64,000 nt of DNA, taken from positions 64,001 to 128,000 of the forward strand of contig CATMOE010000001.1 in NCBI GenBank assembly GCA_950072105.1. The letters run 5' to 3'. The position numbers and the translations under genes were made by a program. Source of the DNA: an uncultured Dehalococcoidia bacterium (GTDB taxonomy: Bacteria > Chloroflexota > Dehalococcoidia > Lucifugimonadales > UBA3495). Position 1 is the stretch's first letter, and every line of letters begins with the position of its first letter. Positions 28,647 to 39,599 of this stretch are shown here, one piece after another. Below the pieces are notes generated by a model. It did not search any database, was not told the DNA's origin, and was given only the letters and a program-made list of their open reading frames with translations.

Positions 28647-29306
28647 ATGTTTGCGGTAATCGTTGGTTGCAGTGAGATTGGATACCATCTGGCCAAGTCC
28701 TTGTTGGCTACCGGCCACGAAGTGGTCGTGATCGAAAAGGACCGGGAGAGATGTCAGTTACTCATCGACGAAGTGGGGGGTATCTCTCTACAGGGCGACG
28801 GCACCGACGAGGTGATCCTTAAACAGGCTGGCTTGGCCCGGGCCGATGTTCTGATAGCCGTTACCGGTCGAGACGATACGAATCTGGTCGTTTGTCAGAT
28901 GACCAAGCATGTGTTCAACGTACCAAGAACCATGGCCGTGATCAGGGATCCCAAGAACGAGGCGCTTTTTCATCTACTGGGAGTCGATGTGGTCGTTAAC
29001 TCGATACATCTCGTCCTTGCCAGCCTGGAGGAAGGCATTCCTGGCCGTCCATTGGTGCATCTGAGCAGCCTGAGCGCGCCTGGCACCGAGTTGATCAGCG
29101 TCTCCATACCCAGTGACGCCGGGGTCGTTGGCATGCGTTTGGAAGACGTTGAGTTGCCGCCCCACAGCTTTATATCTTTGGTGATCAAGAAGGGTGGCGC
29201 GTCGTTGCCGACCGACGGCCTGGTTCTTGAGGCAGACGACGAGCTGGTCGCGGTCACAATGACCGGCGATGAGCAGACCCTTTACGACATTTTGACCGGA
29301 GTATAA
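28647..29306 (+). CDS. trkA: TrkA family K+ uptake protein (TrkA-N + TrkA-C)
   Basis: VVVIEKD, GDGTD, VTGRDDTNL, LGVDVVV. Confidence 0.82.
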   Translation: MFAVIVGCSEIGYHLAKSLLATGHEVVVIEKDRERCQLLIDEVGGISLQGDGTDEVILKQAGLARADVLIAVTGRDDTNLVVCQMTKHVFNVPRTMAVIRDPKNEALFHLLGVDVVVNSIHLVLASLEEGIPGRPLVHLSSLSAPGTELISVSIPSDAGVVGMRLEDVELPPHSFISLVIKKGGASLPTDGLVLEADDELVAVTMTGDEQTLYDILTGV

Positions 29307-29308
29307 GG

Positions 29309-30148
29309 GTGGTCAAAAGCATCGCATATTTCGGCCCTTCGGGCACCTACACGGAAGAGGCGGCTTTTCAGTACGACCCAAAAGCCAACCTCCATCCCTT
29401 CCCAACCATACCCGCGGTGGGGCTGGCCGTGTCGTCTTCCGCCACCGACCAAGGTGTGGTTCCCATAGAAAACAGCTTGGAAGGGGCGGTGAATAATACC
29501 CTGGATATCTTGATCAGCCAGCCAGACTTGTCCATATTTGGCGAGTTGGTGTTGCCGATCAATCACTATTTGATGGCGAAGCCCGGTACTAACGCCGGCG
29601 GCATCCAGGTCATTTATTCCCATCCCCAGTCGCTGGCGCAATGCCAAGATTACCTGGAACGTGAATTCCCTAACATCCAGCAGGTTGCCTCGCTGAGCAA
29701 TTCAGCTGCCGTTGCCGACATGGAAAAAAGTCCTATTCCGGCCGCGGCCATCGGACCCCGAAGGGCCGCCGCACTTTACGGCGCCGAGATTCTGGACCGG
29801 AACATCCAGGACAGCCCGAATAATATGACCCGGTTCGTGATATTGGCGCTACACGACCACCCGCCCACCGGCGCCGACAAGACATCGATGTGCCTATCTT
29901 TCAATCAAGAAGCGCCCGGCGTCCTTTACCGCGCCTTGAATGAATTTGCGTCCAGAGACGTGAACCTGCGAAAGATAGAGTCCAGGCCCACTAAGCAATT
30001 GCTTGGGCAGTATATCTTCTTGATCGACTGCGACGGCCACCGGGAAGACCCATTGGTGAATGATGCCATTCAAGCCCTCAACACTTCTAACAGTGTGTTG
30101 AAAGTTTTGGGGTCTTACCCGCGTTGGATCGATGCAGAAGCAAAATAA
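29309..30148 (+). CDS. pheA: Prephenate dehydratase
   Basis: GPSGTYTE, PIENSLEG, SHPQ, NMTRF, IESRP (ACT domain). Confidence 0.93.
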   Translation: MVKSIAYFGPSGTYTEEAAFQYDPKANLHPFPTIPAVGLAVSSSATDQGVVPIENSLEGAVNNTLDILISQPDLSIFGELVLPINHYLMAKPGTNAGGIQVIYSHPQSLAQCQDYLEREFPNIQQVASLSNSAAVADMEKSPIPAAAIGPRRAAALYGAEILDRNIQDSPNNMTRFVILALHDHPPTGADKTSMCLSFNQEAPGVLYRALNEFASRDVNLRKIESRPTKQLLGQYIFLIDCDGHREDPLVNDAIQALNTSNSVLKVLGSYPRWIDAEAK

Positions 30149-30335
30149 TACTGGCCCTCCCTCCGGCCACCGCTAAGACCACACCACACGCCAAATTCCC
30201 TACACCGCTTAGCTAGTCACTACCGTAGGAAGGGCCAGCCGGATTGGGCCTTGGCTTTTCTCGAGGTTGATCGCGTCATGCCCAGGCCCGGGATAGCCCT
30301 GATATTTTAGTTTTTCTTAAGAGATCAAATATCCT

Positions 30336-30617
30336 TTATTCTTCGATTTCGTCAGCATCGGATGTCCGGTCGGGGTTCCTATATTCTTGAACTAACTCCA
30401 CCACGCCCCTAACCACTTCCATCACGGTCGGAACCACACTCAACGGACGCGCTACTCGATTTAGCAAGATCCCGGTGATTTCTTCAACGTTCTGGGTCAC
30501 TTGCCTGGTTGACCGATAGACCCGGAAGAGCCATACACTCCACACCACCAGCAACAATGTCGACAGACCGGTGAAGACGATGACGAACACGTCTCGGATA
30601 ATGGCTAACGCTTCTAT
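30336..30617 (-). CDS. Small single-pass membrane protein, possibly with an ATA start
   Basis: Hydrophobic IRDVFVIVFTGLSTLLLVVWSVWLF; AGGTGA RBS precedes the in-frame ATA at 30617. Confidence 0.6.
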   Translation of the reverse strand: MEALAIIRDVFVIVFTGLSTLLLVVWSVWLFRVYRSTRQVTQNVEEITGILLNRVARPLSVVPTVMEVVRGVVELVQEYRNPDRTSDADEIEE

Positions 30618-30834
30618 GTGCTCACCTGGAAGTATTTTTATATTTATTTAATATTCCAGCCAAACTTAACAATTATGTCAATGACTTGTCAACGATTTGG
30701 AGACCGAGTTTTTGACATAATCAGTATTTTCTACCTTTATGACAACCCAAACCCATGTGAGTCCCCTGAGCAAGGGTATCGAGTTGATTTTTCTGCTTAG
30801 GCAAACCCTACAACGACGAAATAGCGTCCTTACC

Positions 30835-30931
30835 GTCATCCCGGCGCAGGCCGGGATCCAGGAGCTTTCCGCACAGAGAAGACGAACGAGGAGGAAACCC
30901 GGCTAGGGATCGCGGTGTCCGGAGCAATGAC
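30835..30931. repeat. Palindromic element, family B (GTCATCCCGGCG..GGCCGGGATCCAG) with a degenerate inverted partner
   Basis: Similar to the copies at 53414-53513 and 58109-58193. Confidence 0.65.
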
Positions 30932-31026
30932 GAAGGCCAACAAGCCGGCCGTATTCCCAATAAGCTGGGACTCATCCTGGAAGGTCGGAAAATGGGCAGC
31001 TACATTCAAATCCTGGACCGTTCCGG

Positions 31027-34000
31027 TCACCGCAGGTTTCTGTAGATGGAAACTCCTTCGTTGCGATATACCCTTTCGACCAACTGAGATTCGGCAAGTT
31101 CCTCGAATTTCTTTATGCCTTGGGGAGAGTAGTAGATGCGTTCAAGCTCGCCGACCACGACATACTCAACGTTGTATTTATTCAGGAGGAACCGGGCGCG
31201 TTCCAAGTCACTGGTTTCGTAGATCTCCTTGACCCGGGCCGCCCGGTCGCGGACCGTATAGTCGTAGTCCATTCGCTGTTGTATCTGATGCCAGGGCCAG
31301 CCCAACACCGTGGGTAGCCCGGTGTAGGTGGCGATGCGGCCGGCCCAATGATATTGATCGTTGTGGGCCTCCAGCACCACCGGCGAACCTGCCACATTGT
31401 TCTGCAGCCATTGGATCGCCTCCAGGTCCCACTTCAGATTGACCGGTTGTTCCAACTCCCGGTGCACGGCCTGTTCCATATAGGCCGTACCATCCAGGGT
31501 AAAAAGCCCGTCGTTGAACCGGTCGGCCACGCGGTCCTGGGTCCCCATTACTGTGTAAATCAAGCTGGAACCGACGAGAACAGCAAGTACGGCCATCCAG
31601 GTCCTTCTCCGCCAATTCGGACCATCCTGGGAGCGGGCCTGGGACCCCAGATACCAAAGCATGTAGGCCACGGCCAGACTGAACAGCACCCATACTTCCA
31701 AGTAGTACTTGAATTGGGTATTCATGCGGCCGATGTCGCCTTCCAAACGCACCAAGTCCACCCCAACGCTGATAGCCAGGCCCATGCCCAGCAGCAGCAG
31801 CGGCAATATGGCAAATGGACCGCCGATCTCTTTGGACCGCAGGACGTCTCGGACCGCAACCCCCGCTAGGACCAACACACCCATCAGAAGCGCGGCCGTC
31901 CAGAATTCGGCGGCGGCCAGGTATACCGCTAAAAGCAGTCCAACCGCGCAGGCCGTTCTGGGCCAAGATATGCTCCTGCTAAAGATACCTAAGCCCTGCG
32001 TATTATCGGCGAACCGTGACAACTCGGAAGCTAGGCCTCGTCCTACGTGAATCAGGGTTTGCCGTGTCTGATGCACCAAATAGGTCAGGGCGACAAATAA
32101 GAACAAACCGTGGATGCCCAGGTAACGGTGCAGCGGCGTCCGCCACCTCGTCGGCTCCAATCCAGTTTGGAACGTCTCATAAAACTGGTGAAATGGATAA
32201 AAAGCTACTACGCTGAGGGCCAAAACGCCCACGACGAGTACCGCCAAGATAGCTAATCTACGCGGGGCCCGTCCCGGACTGAAGTAGACCGCCAACCCCA
32301 AGATCGCCACGGTGAGAAGGACGTATGACGGGTAGTCCCAGCTATTTATCACCCACAACGCCCCCAAAGTCACTGCTAAGGCCGCGCTAGTAGCCCACTT
32401 CCAGACCAGGCCACTTTGGCGCAACCCTACCACCATGGCCAATCCCAGGCCGATGACCAGCAAGGTGAAGGGCATCACCATCATGTGAGGGTGCAAGTCG
32501 GCGAACAAAAAGGTGAAGAAAGGGAACTCGGTGATATGCCAAGAAACGTCCGGAGACCCGGCGATCTTCTCGGGCACCCAAAACGCTAGAGGCGACGGGT
32601 CGAAATTGTCCATCGGGGGAATCATCCGGCTGCTTCGCCAGAAGTCGAAGTCGGGAAAGTTCCGGCAATTTTCCACCAAGGACAGGAAGAGCCCGCCGAT
32701 CAAGCCGCGGCATACCAGATATTTGTACCAGATACCCTGAGCGATCTGAACTATGCCGTCCAAGTTACCGATGACCGAAACGAATAATCCCGCCGTCAAA
32801 CCCGCGCCGATGGGAGTCCATAAAGAGATACGCCAGAACCGACGGCGAGTCCGAATTCCAGCAACCGTGGGTTCCGCGCCGCCGCATATATTAGATCGGC
32901 GCGTACCCTCGGCCAGGTTATAGACCAGGGAATAAGCCCCGGAAAAAGTCAACGCGAAAAACATAGGTACGGCCAAGTTGAAGGCCGTAGACGGGACGAT
33001 GCTGGTCACCCGAATCAATCCGGCCAGCACGAAGTAACCCCAATAGTAGTAGTTCATGTAGCCCCCGGCGTACCACGGGTCGAAGGGGGGCAACGACGTG
33101 GAGCGAACTACCGCGTTGAGATAAGCCAGTTCCATAGGCTTTTCCCCGCCCCGGTAAGGGTGCCAAAGGTCCGGGTTCGCCGCCCTTACCACCACGAACG
33201 CCAGAAAAGCCGCCAGAAAGATGAATTCTCCAGTGAGTGCCAGCCGCCAATGTTGGGCGAAGAACCCTCGAATCTCCCGCCATCGGAAGAACAGGACCAG
33301 CCCCGACAAAGAGGCTAACGCCAGTATCCCCAGGTAGATGGCCGCTCGGGATAATTCGAGCCACCCCAGACTAACCAGGAGCCAGGCCACGTAGCTCGCT
33401 CCCAGCAAACCAACGATACGAGCCAGAACGATTCCCCTGTCGGGCAAGGGCCTGAACAGGAACATGGACAGAGGCAACGCCGCAAGGTATATCAACTCCA
33501 CCACCAACAACCAGGCCAGAACGGGCAGCGCGTTGGTCCAACTTTCCCGGAGGATTATGCTAGACCAAGTACCTCCGCCCTGCTGCACCGCCGCTTCATC
33601 CGCCGTCATCAGCAATCCAACCGGTGGCCTTCGGAAGCCTTCCACGCGGAGCCTTGATAACTCCAGCCTTAACTCACCCTCGCTCATCTTGTATTGGTTG
33701 TGAAATATCAATACCTGGGGATGGTCGTAGCCAACCACGTTATCGTCGGCGTACCCCAGGTCTAGCTTCAGAAGAGCGTCTTGGTCCGGCGCCGTCGGTC
33801 TCGGGGAAGGGAGACCGGCCCTTTTGAACGGATTGTCTTGGAAGGAGATTCCCAACAACCTGGGATGGGAAGTAAATCTTCGGTCCAGCAGATAACCTAA
33901 CTCTCCCTCGAATAGCTTCCGATAGTAGGAATTGCTCAGTGGGTACCGATCCGGGGCACGGGCCACGCTACTGTATGGACGGTTGCTGTAGAAGACCACG

Positions 34001-35619
34001 TATTCGGCTTTCGAGAGGCGCTTGGCAAGTTCATTCATCTTTTCCCGGTCGTCCGGTTGGTTGTACACCGGGAACTGCCAAACGTCATAGCCATACAGGT
34101 TGGGAATAAATTCATCCCAGTGGTTATCGCTGACGATCTTTGAACCGTAGGCCACGTTCTGGTTGATCCAACGAGAGGCCGCCACCGCCGGATGGTCGTT
34201 CGCGTAAACCATCTGGAAGGCCAAGGAATAAAATGCGGTGGACACCACCACCAGCCCCAACAATAACCACGCCGCTTTGGTCGACTGGGAACGCAACCAT
34301 TGCATCATCGGGAAATCGATCTGCCTGTTCCTAACGGCCGGTGGCCGGGTCCGGATGTAGGAAAACCGCCGGGCGAAGTCCACCGTCCAAAGGAGCATCC
34401 GGGCGCCCATCAATATAAGAAAAGGCGTCAATGGGAACATATAGCGCTGGAATTTCACCTCGAAGCTCTCGAGAAACAGGAAGGTGGGAATCACCCAAGC
34501 CAATACCAAAAGATCGGCCCGTAGATGGCGTCGCTGGGTCACCACCAAAACGGCGGTGAAGGGGACCGCCAGCCAAGCCACCGCACCCAGGGGCAACCCA
34601 AGTCCCCAAAGGGCAACCTGCCGGATCTGGTAAATGAAAGCCGGAGTGTCGATGTACTGAATGGTAAAGGGAAGGGTGCCGGCCTCACGGGCCATATCGA
34701 CCTGGCTCCCGATTCCGTCAAATAAAGCGTTATAGTCCAGCAAGGCGTAGGGAGCGGACAAGATCAAAACACCAACGGAGATGACACCGGCTAATGCGGC
34801 ATGACCAACAACTGGGATCACCGCACGGGGCGTGATGCGTTTCCAACGGCCGCCAACCGAATCCAGCAAGATGTACAAGTAAGCCAGAGTCAGGGGCAGC
34901 AGAAGCGGCAGAATATTAACCTTTGGCGCCAGGGCCAACCCCACGAAAAGGCCAAGTAGCGCCGAGTCCCGCAGACGCCGGCGTTCCACCATGCGCAACA
35001 TCGCCCAGAAACTGGCCAAGGTGAACAGCACGGAGAAGGTTTCCGGCCGGTAGAAATGGCTGTTCTGTACGTGTATCACCGCCAAGGCGGCCAGGCCGGC
35101 CGCCAGCAACCCGACACCCAGGCCGTACATCCGGCGGCCCACCAGGAATAACAGGAGCACCGACCCCACGTCGGCCAGAGCGGACAGCGGCCGTCCCACG
35201 TATCGCATATCCAAGGCTGAAATATCGGTGAACAGCTCTATAGCCGACCGAAAGAGAACCATCACGTAGATAAGGATGCTGCCCAAGGGGAACCAGTGGG
35301 GGTTCAGGGGGCTGCGCTCTGCGTCCAGGAAAACGCCGGGGCTGGGAAGGCCGCCTACGGTTTCCGGGTATTGCTGTACATACCCGCACCGGCCATAGCC
35401 CGCCTTTTCGATCAAGACATCGTACATACAACCGGCGCGCATGTAGATATCCCGTTCGTCGGGGTGGAACAGGTTCCCATCGTCCCAGTTGACCCCATGC
35501 AACCGTAGGCCAAGGGCAACCAACAGAATCAGGGCAAGAACCAAGAAGGCCCAGGGTAACCGGCCGGGAAAGTGAAGCCGTGGTGTCATCGCACCTCGCA
35601 CAGCTACACGCTCAGCCAA
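31027..35619 (-). CDS. Large GT-C membrane glycosyltransferase: PMT/GT39-like N-terminal half fused to a DUF2298 (Chlor_Arch_YYY) domain
   Basis: FHPDER, HVQNSHF; GGEKPMELAYLNA, MNYYYWG, EFPFFTFLFADLHPH, NSWDYP, RMNTQFK; many TM helices. Confidence 0.85.
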   Translation of the reverse strand: MAERVAVRGAMTPRLHFPGRLPWAFLVLALILLVALGLRLHGVNWDDGNLFHPDERDIYMRAGCMYDVLIEKAGYGRCGYVQQYPETVGGLPSPGVFLDAERSPLNPHWFPLGSILIYVMVLFRSAIELFTDISALDMRYVGRPLSALADVGSVLLLFLVGRRMYGLGVGLLAAGLAALAVIHVQNSHFYRPETFSVLFTLASFWAMLRMVERRRLRDSALLGLFVGLALAPKVNILPLLLPLTLAYLYILLDSVGGRWKRITPRAVIPVVGHAALAGVISVGVLILSAPYALLDYNALFDGIGSQVDMAREAGTLPFTIQYIDTPAFIYQIRQVALWGLGLPLGAVAWLAVPFTAVLVVTQRRHLRADLLVLAWVIPTFLFLESFEVKFQRYMFPLTPFLILMGARMLLWTVDFARRFSYIRTRPPAVRNRQIDFPMMQWLRSQSTKAAWLLLGLVVVSTAFYSLAFQMVYANDHPAVAASRWINQNVAYGSKIVSDNHWDEFIPNLYGYDVWQFPVYNQPDDREKMNELAKRLSKAEYVVFYSNRPYSSVARAPDRYPLSNSYYRKLFEGELGYLLDRRFTSHPRLLGISFQDNPFKRAGLPSPRPTAPDQDALLKLDLGYADDNVVGYDHPQVLIFHNQYKMSEGELRLELSRLRVEGFRRPPVGLLMTADEAAVQQGGGTWSSIILRESWTNALPVLAWLLVVELIYLAALPLSMFLFRPLPDRGIVLARIVGLLGASYVAWLLVSLGWLELSRAAIYLGILALASLSGLVLFFRWREIRGFFAQHWRLALTGEFIFLAAFLAFVVVRAANPDLWHPYRGGEKPMELAYLNAVVRSTSLPPFDPWYAGGYMNYYYWGYFVLAGLIRVTSIVPSTAFNLAVPMFFALTFSGAYSLVYNLAEGTRRSNICGGAEPTVAGIRTRRRFWRISLWTPIGAGLTAGLFVSVIGNLDGIVQIAQGIWYKYLVCRGLIGGLFLSLVENCRNFPDFDFWRSSRMIPPMDNFDPSPLAFWVPEKIAGSPDVSWHITEFPFFTFLFADLHPHMMVMPFTLLVIGLGLAMVVGLRQSGLVWKWATSAALAVTLGALWVINSWDYPSYVLLTVAILGLAVYFSPGRAPRRLAILAVLVVGVLALSVVAFYPFHQFYETFQTGLEPTRWRTPLHRYLGIHGLFLFVALTYLVHQTRQTLIHVGRGLASELSRFADNTQGLGIFSRSISWPRTACAVGLLLAVYLAAAEFWTAALLMGVLVLAGVAVRDVLRSKEIGGPFAILPLLLLGMGLAISVGVDLVRLEGDIGRMNTQFKYYLEVWVLFSLAVAYMLWYLGSQARSQDGPNWRRRTWMAVLAVLVGSSLIYTVMGTQDRVADRFNDGLFTLDGTAYMEQAVHRELEQPVNLKWDLEAIQWLQNNVAGSPVVLEAHNDQYHWAGRIATYTGLPTVLGWPWHQIQQRMDYDYTVRDRAARVKEIYETSDLERARFLLNKYNVEYVVVGELERIYYSPQGIKKFEELAESQLVERVYRNEGVSIYRNLR

Positions 35620-35703
35620 TGACCACTTGTGGATTCATCGAGAAAATAAAAGGCGGCATGGATCGGGCTAGATCAGGCAAAGATGAGCTCCATCGATGGG
35701 TTC

Positions 35704-35753
35704 GCAAAAGGGGCTGGACATTCACCATCTCCGGCGTTGACCAGCCCCTTTGC
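35704..35753 (-). terminator. Stem-loop downstream of gap
   Basis: AAAGGGGCTGG-N23-CCAGCCCCTTT inverted repeat. Confidence 0.45.
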
Positions 35754-35789
35754 CATTCCCCGTTTAAATATACGATGCGAGAAGGGAGC

Positions 35790-36803
35790 TTAGATGCCTT
35801 TGTCGGCGATCAAAGCGCATAGATCGGCGGTGCGGCAGGAGTAACCCCATTCGTTGTCGTACCAGCCCATGACTTTGACCATACGGCCCTGCATAACCAT
35901 GGTGGAGAGTCCGTCGATGATGCAGCTATGGCTGTTTCCTTTAAAATCGGAGCTGACCAGCGGCTCATCCGAGTATTCCAAAATACCCTTCATCTTCCCA
36001 TCGGCTGCTTCCTGGTAGGCCGCGTTTATCTCGTCCACGGTTACGTCGCGGGACACCGTGGCGACGAAGTCGGTGATCGATCCGGTAATGGTCGGTACCC
36101 GGAACGCTATGCCGTCAAGTTTGCCGTTCAACTCAGGCAGAACCAAGCCCACGGCCCTGGCGGCCCCCGTCGAAGTCGGGATGATGTTGGCGGCGGCGGC
36201 CCTAGCGCGCCGTAAGTCGGAGTGGCGCTGATCCAAGATGGCTTGGTCGTTGGTGTAAGAATGGATGGTGGACATGACGCCGTGTTCCACGCCGAAGGAG
36301 TCGTGCAGCACCTTGACCATAGTGGCGAAGCAATTGGTGGTGCAAGAGGCGTTGGAGACGATCTTATGATTAGCTCCATCGTATAGATGCTCGTTGACAC
36401 CTAATACAATGGTCAGGTCCTCGCCTCGGGCCGGCGCTGAGATAATCACTTTTTTGGCGCCGCCTTCCAAGTGCCCGCCGGCTTTTTCCGCGTCGGTGAA
36501 TAGCCCCGTGGATTCAACCACCAGGTCCACACCCATCTCGGACCAGGGTATCTTCGCCGGGTCTCGCTCAGAGAAGACCCGTATGCTCCGGCCGTCGACT
36601 ACCAAGTCCCCGTTGCTGGCCTCCACGTGGCCGGGATATCCGCCATAGGTTGTGTCGTATTTGAGGAGATGGGCGTTGGTCTTGGCGTCGGTCAGATCGT
36701 TTACCGCCACTATTTCCAACTTGTCCGGATATCTCTCTTTGGTTGCTCGTAGGACCAAGCGTCCGATTCTACCGAATCCGTTGATGCCCACTCGAGTTGT
36801 CAA
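35790..36803 (-). CDS. gap: Glyceraldehyde-3-phosphate dehydrogenase, type I
   Basis: [30 protein letters not shown] start after GGAGG. Confidence 0.97.
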   Translation of the reverse strand: MTTRVGINGFGRIGRLVLRATKERYPDKLEIVAVNDLTDAKTNAHLLKYDTTYGGYPGHVEASNGDLVVDGRSIRVFSERDPAKIPWSEMGVDLVVESTGLFTDAEKAGGHLEGGAKKVIISAPARGEDLTIVLGVNEHLYDGANHKIVSNASCTTNCFATMVKVLHDSFGVEHGVMSTIHSYTNDQAILDQRHSDLRRARAAAANIIPTSTGAARAVGLVLPELNGKLDGIAFRVPTITGSITDFVATVSRDVTVDEINAAYQEAADGKMKGILEYSDEPLVSSDFKGNSHSCIIDGLSTMVMQGRMVKVMGWYDNEWGYSCRTADLCALIADKGI

Positions 36804-36897
36804 TTCCCACCTCCACAATCTTGGCAACGGCGCCGGTTATTGAGCCCAGCTGGCCTGCCGGAAACCTGGCACTCATACCCCACAGGATAGCCCGTAT

Positions 36898-36926
36898 ATA
36901 ATACCCGCTTATCCATGGGTTGTGAA
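36898..36926 (-). promoter_or_regulatory. Sigma70-type promoter of gap
   Basis: TTCACA-N17-TATTAT on the minus strand. Confidence 0.5.
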
Positions 36927-37118
36927 GTTGGGAACGTGCCTGATATGAGTATGGGTAGAGTCCGGCACTTCACTCCGATATAATCGGTTCGGAAAGCTTG
37001 ATCTGGTCAAGTTTGTCCCAAGTCGTATCATTGAACAGTTGACCAACGAGCTGTTCTAAATCGTGGGATACCCAGATTGATTCTGTAGGCTTATCAATCA
37101 ATAAATCGGAGGTTCGAC

Positions 37119-37988
37119 GTGGCATTACAACAAGTCACCAGCAACATATTCGCGGACACCGGCCGGATGGGTTGTAACTTTGGGTTCCTCACCACTTCCG
37201 ACGGGGTCGTCATGTTCGACAGTCCCCACCGCCCGACCGACGCGATGGAACTGAAGGCGGAGATCGCAAAGAGGGGAGAGCTGCGTTACATCATCAACAC
37301 CGAACCCCACGGCGATCACTGGACCGGGAACGCGTTCTTCGACGTGCCGGTCATCGCCCAGGAAGGTGTGCGGCGCCGCATCCTAGAAACCGACATGGCT
37401 TCGCACATCCAGAGAGTATCCGGCTTCGGACCCGACGAACCCAAATTGATGGAAGGCTACACGCCCAACGCCCCGGTTATCACCTTCAAGAATGGCATGA
37501 CCCTGAACGTTGGCGACCACACAATCGAGATGATTCACATGCCCGGGCATACCGCCTACCAAGCAGCCATATGTATCAAAGAAGAAGGCGTGGTTTGGAC
37601 CAGCGACAACATATTCAACAAGGTCCAGACCTACATCCAGGAGGCGAGCCCAGACGAATGGCTGACGACGATCGCGGCTCTGCGGCGGTTGGACGAGGAA
37701 ATCTTCGTACCGGGCCACGGCCTGTTGTGCGACAAAGGCTATCTGGACGAACAGGGGTCCTATATCCAAGAGTGGAAAGACTATGTTTGGAATGCCGTCG
37801 AGCGCGGAGTAACCAAGGAAGACGCGATCTACAGCCTCACCGACAAGATCGCCCGCTATCCCATGGAGTCCCCTCATCAGGATAACCCGGCGGTGAACCG
37901 GATGAACGTGGCCAACCTCTACGACTTTCTGACCGGAAACTGGAAGCCATCCAACCCCCAGTCCCCGCCACCCCCGGAAAACCGATAA
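37119..37988 (+). CDS. MBL-fold metallo-hydrolase (cyclase-like)
   Basis: NTEPHGDHWTGN, PGHT, SD, PGHG; GGAGG RBS. Confidence 0.85.
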   Translation: MALQQVTSNIFADTGRMGCNFGFLTTSDGVVMFDSPHRPTDAMELKAEIAKRGELRYIINTEPHGDHWTGNAFFDVPVIAQEGVRRRILETDMASHIQRVSGFGPDEPKLMEGYTPNAPVITFKNGMTLNVGDHTIEMIHMPGHTAYQAAICIKEEGVVWTSDNIFNKVQTYIQEASPDEWLTTIAALRRLDEEIFVPGHGLLCDKGYLDEQGSYIQEWKDYVWNAVERGVTKEDAIYSLTDKIARYPMESPHQDNPAVNRMNVANLYDFLTGNWKPSNPQSPPPPENR

Positions 37989-38035
37989 CGGAATCTCTTC
38001 TTCTGTAGCGGGAGAGGGCCGGTGTGAAGACTTTC

Positions 38036-38114
38036 ACCCCCACTCTAACTCTCCCCAAAAAGGGGAGAGGACAAATCCCTTCCCCCTCGACGGGGGAAGG
38101 TTAGGATGGGGGTG
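38036..38114. repeat. Inverted pair of REP-like elements, family C (CACCCC..T...CTCTCCCC..AAGGGGAGAGG), between convergent genes
   Basis: CTCTCCCC-AAAA-GGGGAGAG and CCTTCCCCC-TCGAC-GGGGGAAGG hairpins with CACCCC/GGGGTG termini; related copy at 59083-59117. Confidence 0.7.
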
Positions 38115-38174
38115 ATTCGCTGCTTTGGAATCTCGGCCCCTGGCGGATAAAAATTCCGGTAGACCGCCCGGGTA

Positions 38175-39500
38175 TCAAACCCCCTTGAGATGCCGAAAGG
38201 CGTCACGCCCGGCATACCTGGCCGAGGAACCCAGCTCCTCCTCGATGCGCAGCAACCGGTTGTACTTGGCCACCCGGTCCGACCGTGCGGGCGCGCCGGA
38301 TTTGATCTGCCCAACGTTCCAAGCCACGGCTAGGTCGGCTATGGTAGTGTCCTCGGTCTCTCCTGAGCGATGACTCACCACCGCGCCCCAGCCCGCGTCT
38401 CTGGCCAGGGTCAATGCCTGGAGGGTTTCGGTGAGAGTGCCGATCTGATTGGGCTTCAATAACACCGCATTGGCCGCCCGGCTGTCGATGCCTAGTTGGA
38501 TGCGGCTGGTGTTGGTGACCAACAGGTCGTCGCCCACCAACTGCATGGTCTCCCCCATGCGTTGGCTCAGTTGAGACCAGCCATCCCAGTCATTCTCGTC
38601 CAGCCCGTCTTCGATGCTGATAATGGGATATTCCTTAGCCCAACGGGCGTAGATATCGCCCATCTCTTCCGCGGTAAAACTCGTGCCTTCCCGCTCCAGC
38701 AGGTATTTGCCCAGGCGTTCTTGGAAAAGTTCGGAAGCAGCCACGTCCAGGGCCAGATAGACATCCCGTCCCGGAATATACCCAGCTGTTTCAACCGCCT
38801 TCAGGACCAATTCTAGAGCGTCTTTATTCGAAGGCAGGGTGGGAGCGAATCCCCCTTCATCGCCCACGTTCAGGTTATGTCCACCTTCCCGTAGCAAACC
38901 CCTAAGGGCATGATAGATGTCCGACCCGGCTCGGAGGGCCTCGGCGAAGGTTGATACGCCCACCGGAGCCACCATGAATTCCTGGATATCGGTGGAGTCG
39001 GATGCATGGGCGCCGCCGTTTAGGATGTTGAACATGGGCACCGGCAGGCTTACTTCGCCCCCACCGGCAAGATAGCGCCACAAGGAAACGCCTTCGCCAT
39101 CGTTTTGGACGGCGGCGCCGGCTTTTGCCACGGCCATGGACACGGCAAGGACAGCGTTGACGCCTAAGTTGCTTTTATCAGGGGTGCCATCGAGTTCGAT
39201 GAGACGCTGGTCGATACCTTCCTGGTCCGACGGAGACCGGCCTACCAGGGATGGACCCAGCAGGTGGTCGACGTTCGCCACCGCCTTTAAGACCCCGTTG
39301 CCCCGGTAACGGTCCAGGTCCCGGTCCCTCAATTCCCAGGCTTCGTGACTTCCGGTGCTGGCGCCGGAAGGGACCGCCGCGTGAACCGTGACACCATTGG
39401 AGAGGGTAACCTCCGCTTCCACAGTAGGATTGCCTCGTGAATCCAGAACTTCCCTGCCGCGAACGCCGGCGATCGTTGCTCCACCGCCGTGACTCACCAT
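38175..39500 (-). CDS. eno: Enolase
   Basis: [41 protein letters not shown]; start at 39497-39500 (the open frame extends to 39557). Confidence 0.96.
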   Translation of the reverse strand: MVSHGGGATIAGVRGREVLDSRGNPTVEAEVTLSNGVTVHAAVPSGASTGSHEAWELRDRDLDRYRGNGVLKAVANVDHLLGPSLVGRSPSDQEGIDQRLIELDGTPDKSNLGVNAVLAVSMAVAKAGAAVQNDGEGVSLWRYLAGGGEVSLPVPMFNILNGGAHASDSTDIQEFMVAPVGVSTFAEALRAGSDIYHALRGLLREGGHNLNVGDEGGFAPTLPSNKDALELVLKAVETAGYIPGRDVYLALDVAASELFQERLGKYLLEREGTSFTAEEMGDIYARWAKEYPIISIEDGLDENDWDGWSQLSQRMGETMQLVGDDLLVTNTSRIQLGIDSRAANAVLLKPNQIGTLTETLQALTLARDAGWGAVVSHRSGETEDTTIADLAVAWNVGQIKSGAPARSDRVAKYNRLLRIEEELGSSARYAGRDAFRHLKGV

Positions 39501-39599
39501 GGGATTGCCGTCGGGGGGGAAATAGCCAAATAGGTCATGATCTGTCTCACCCTCCACCCACCAATATCGGTTCGGAACAGATATATCTTACGACGAGCC

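Noticed and set aside
37105..37125. tRNA (GGTTCGA T-loop-like string)
   Set aside because: No cloverleaf; it is the SD/spacer of the MBL gene
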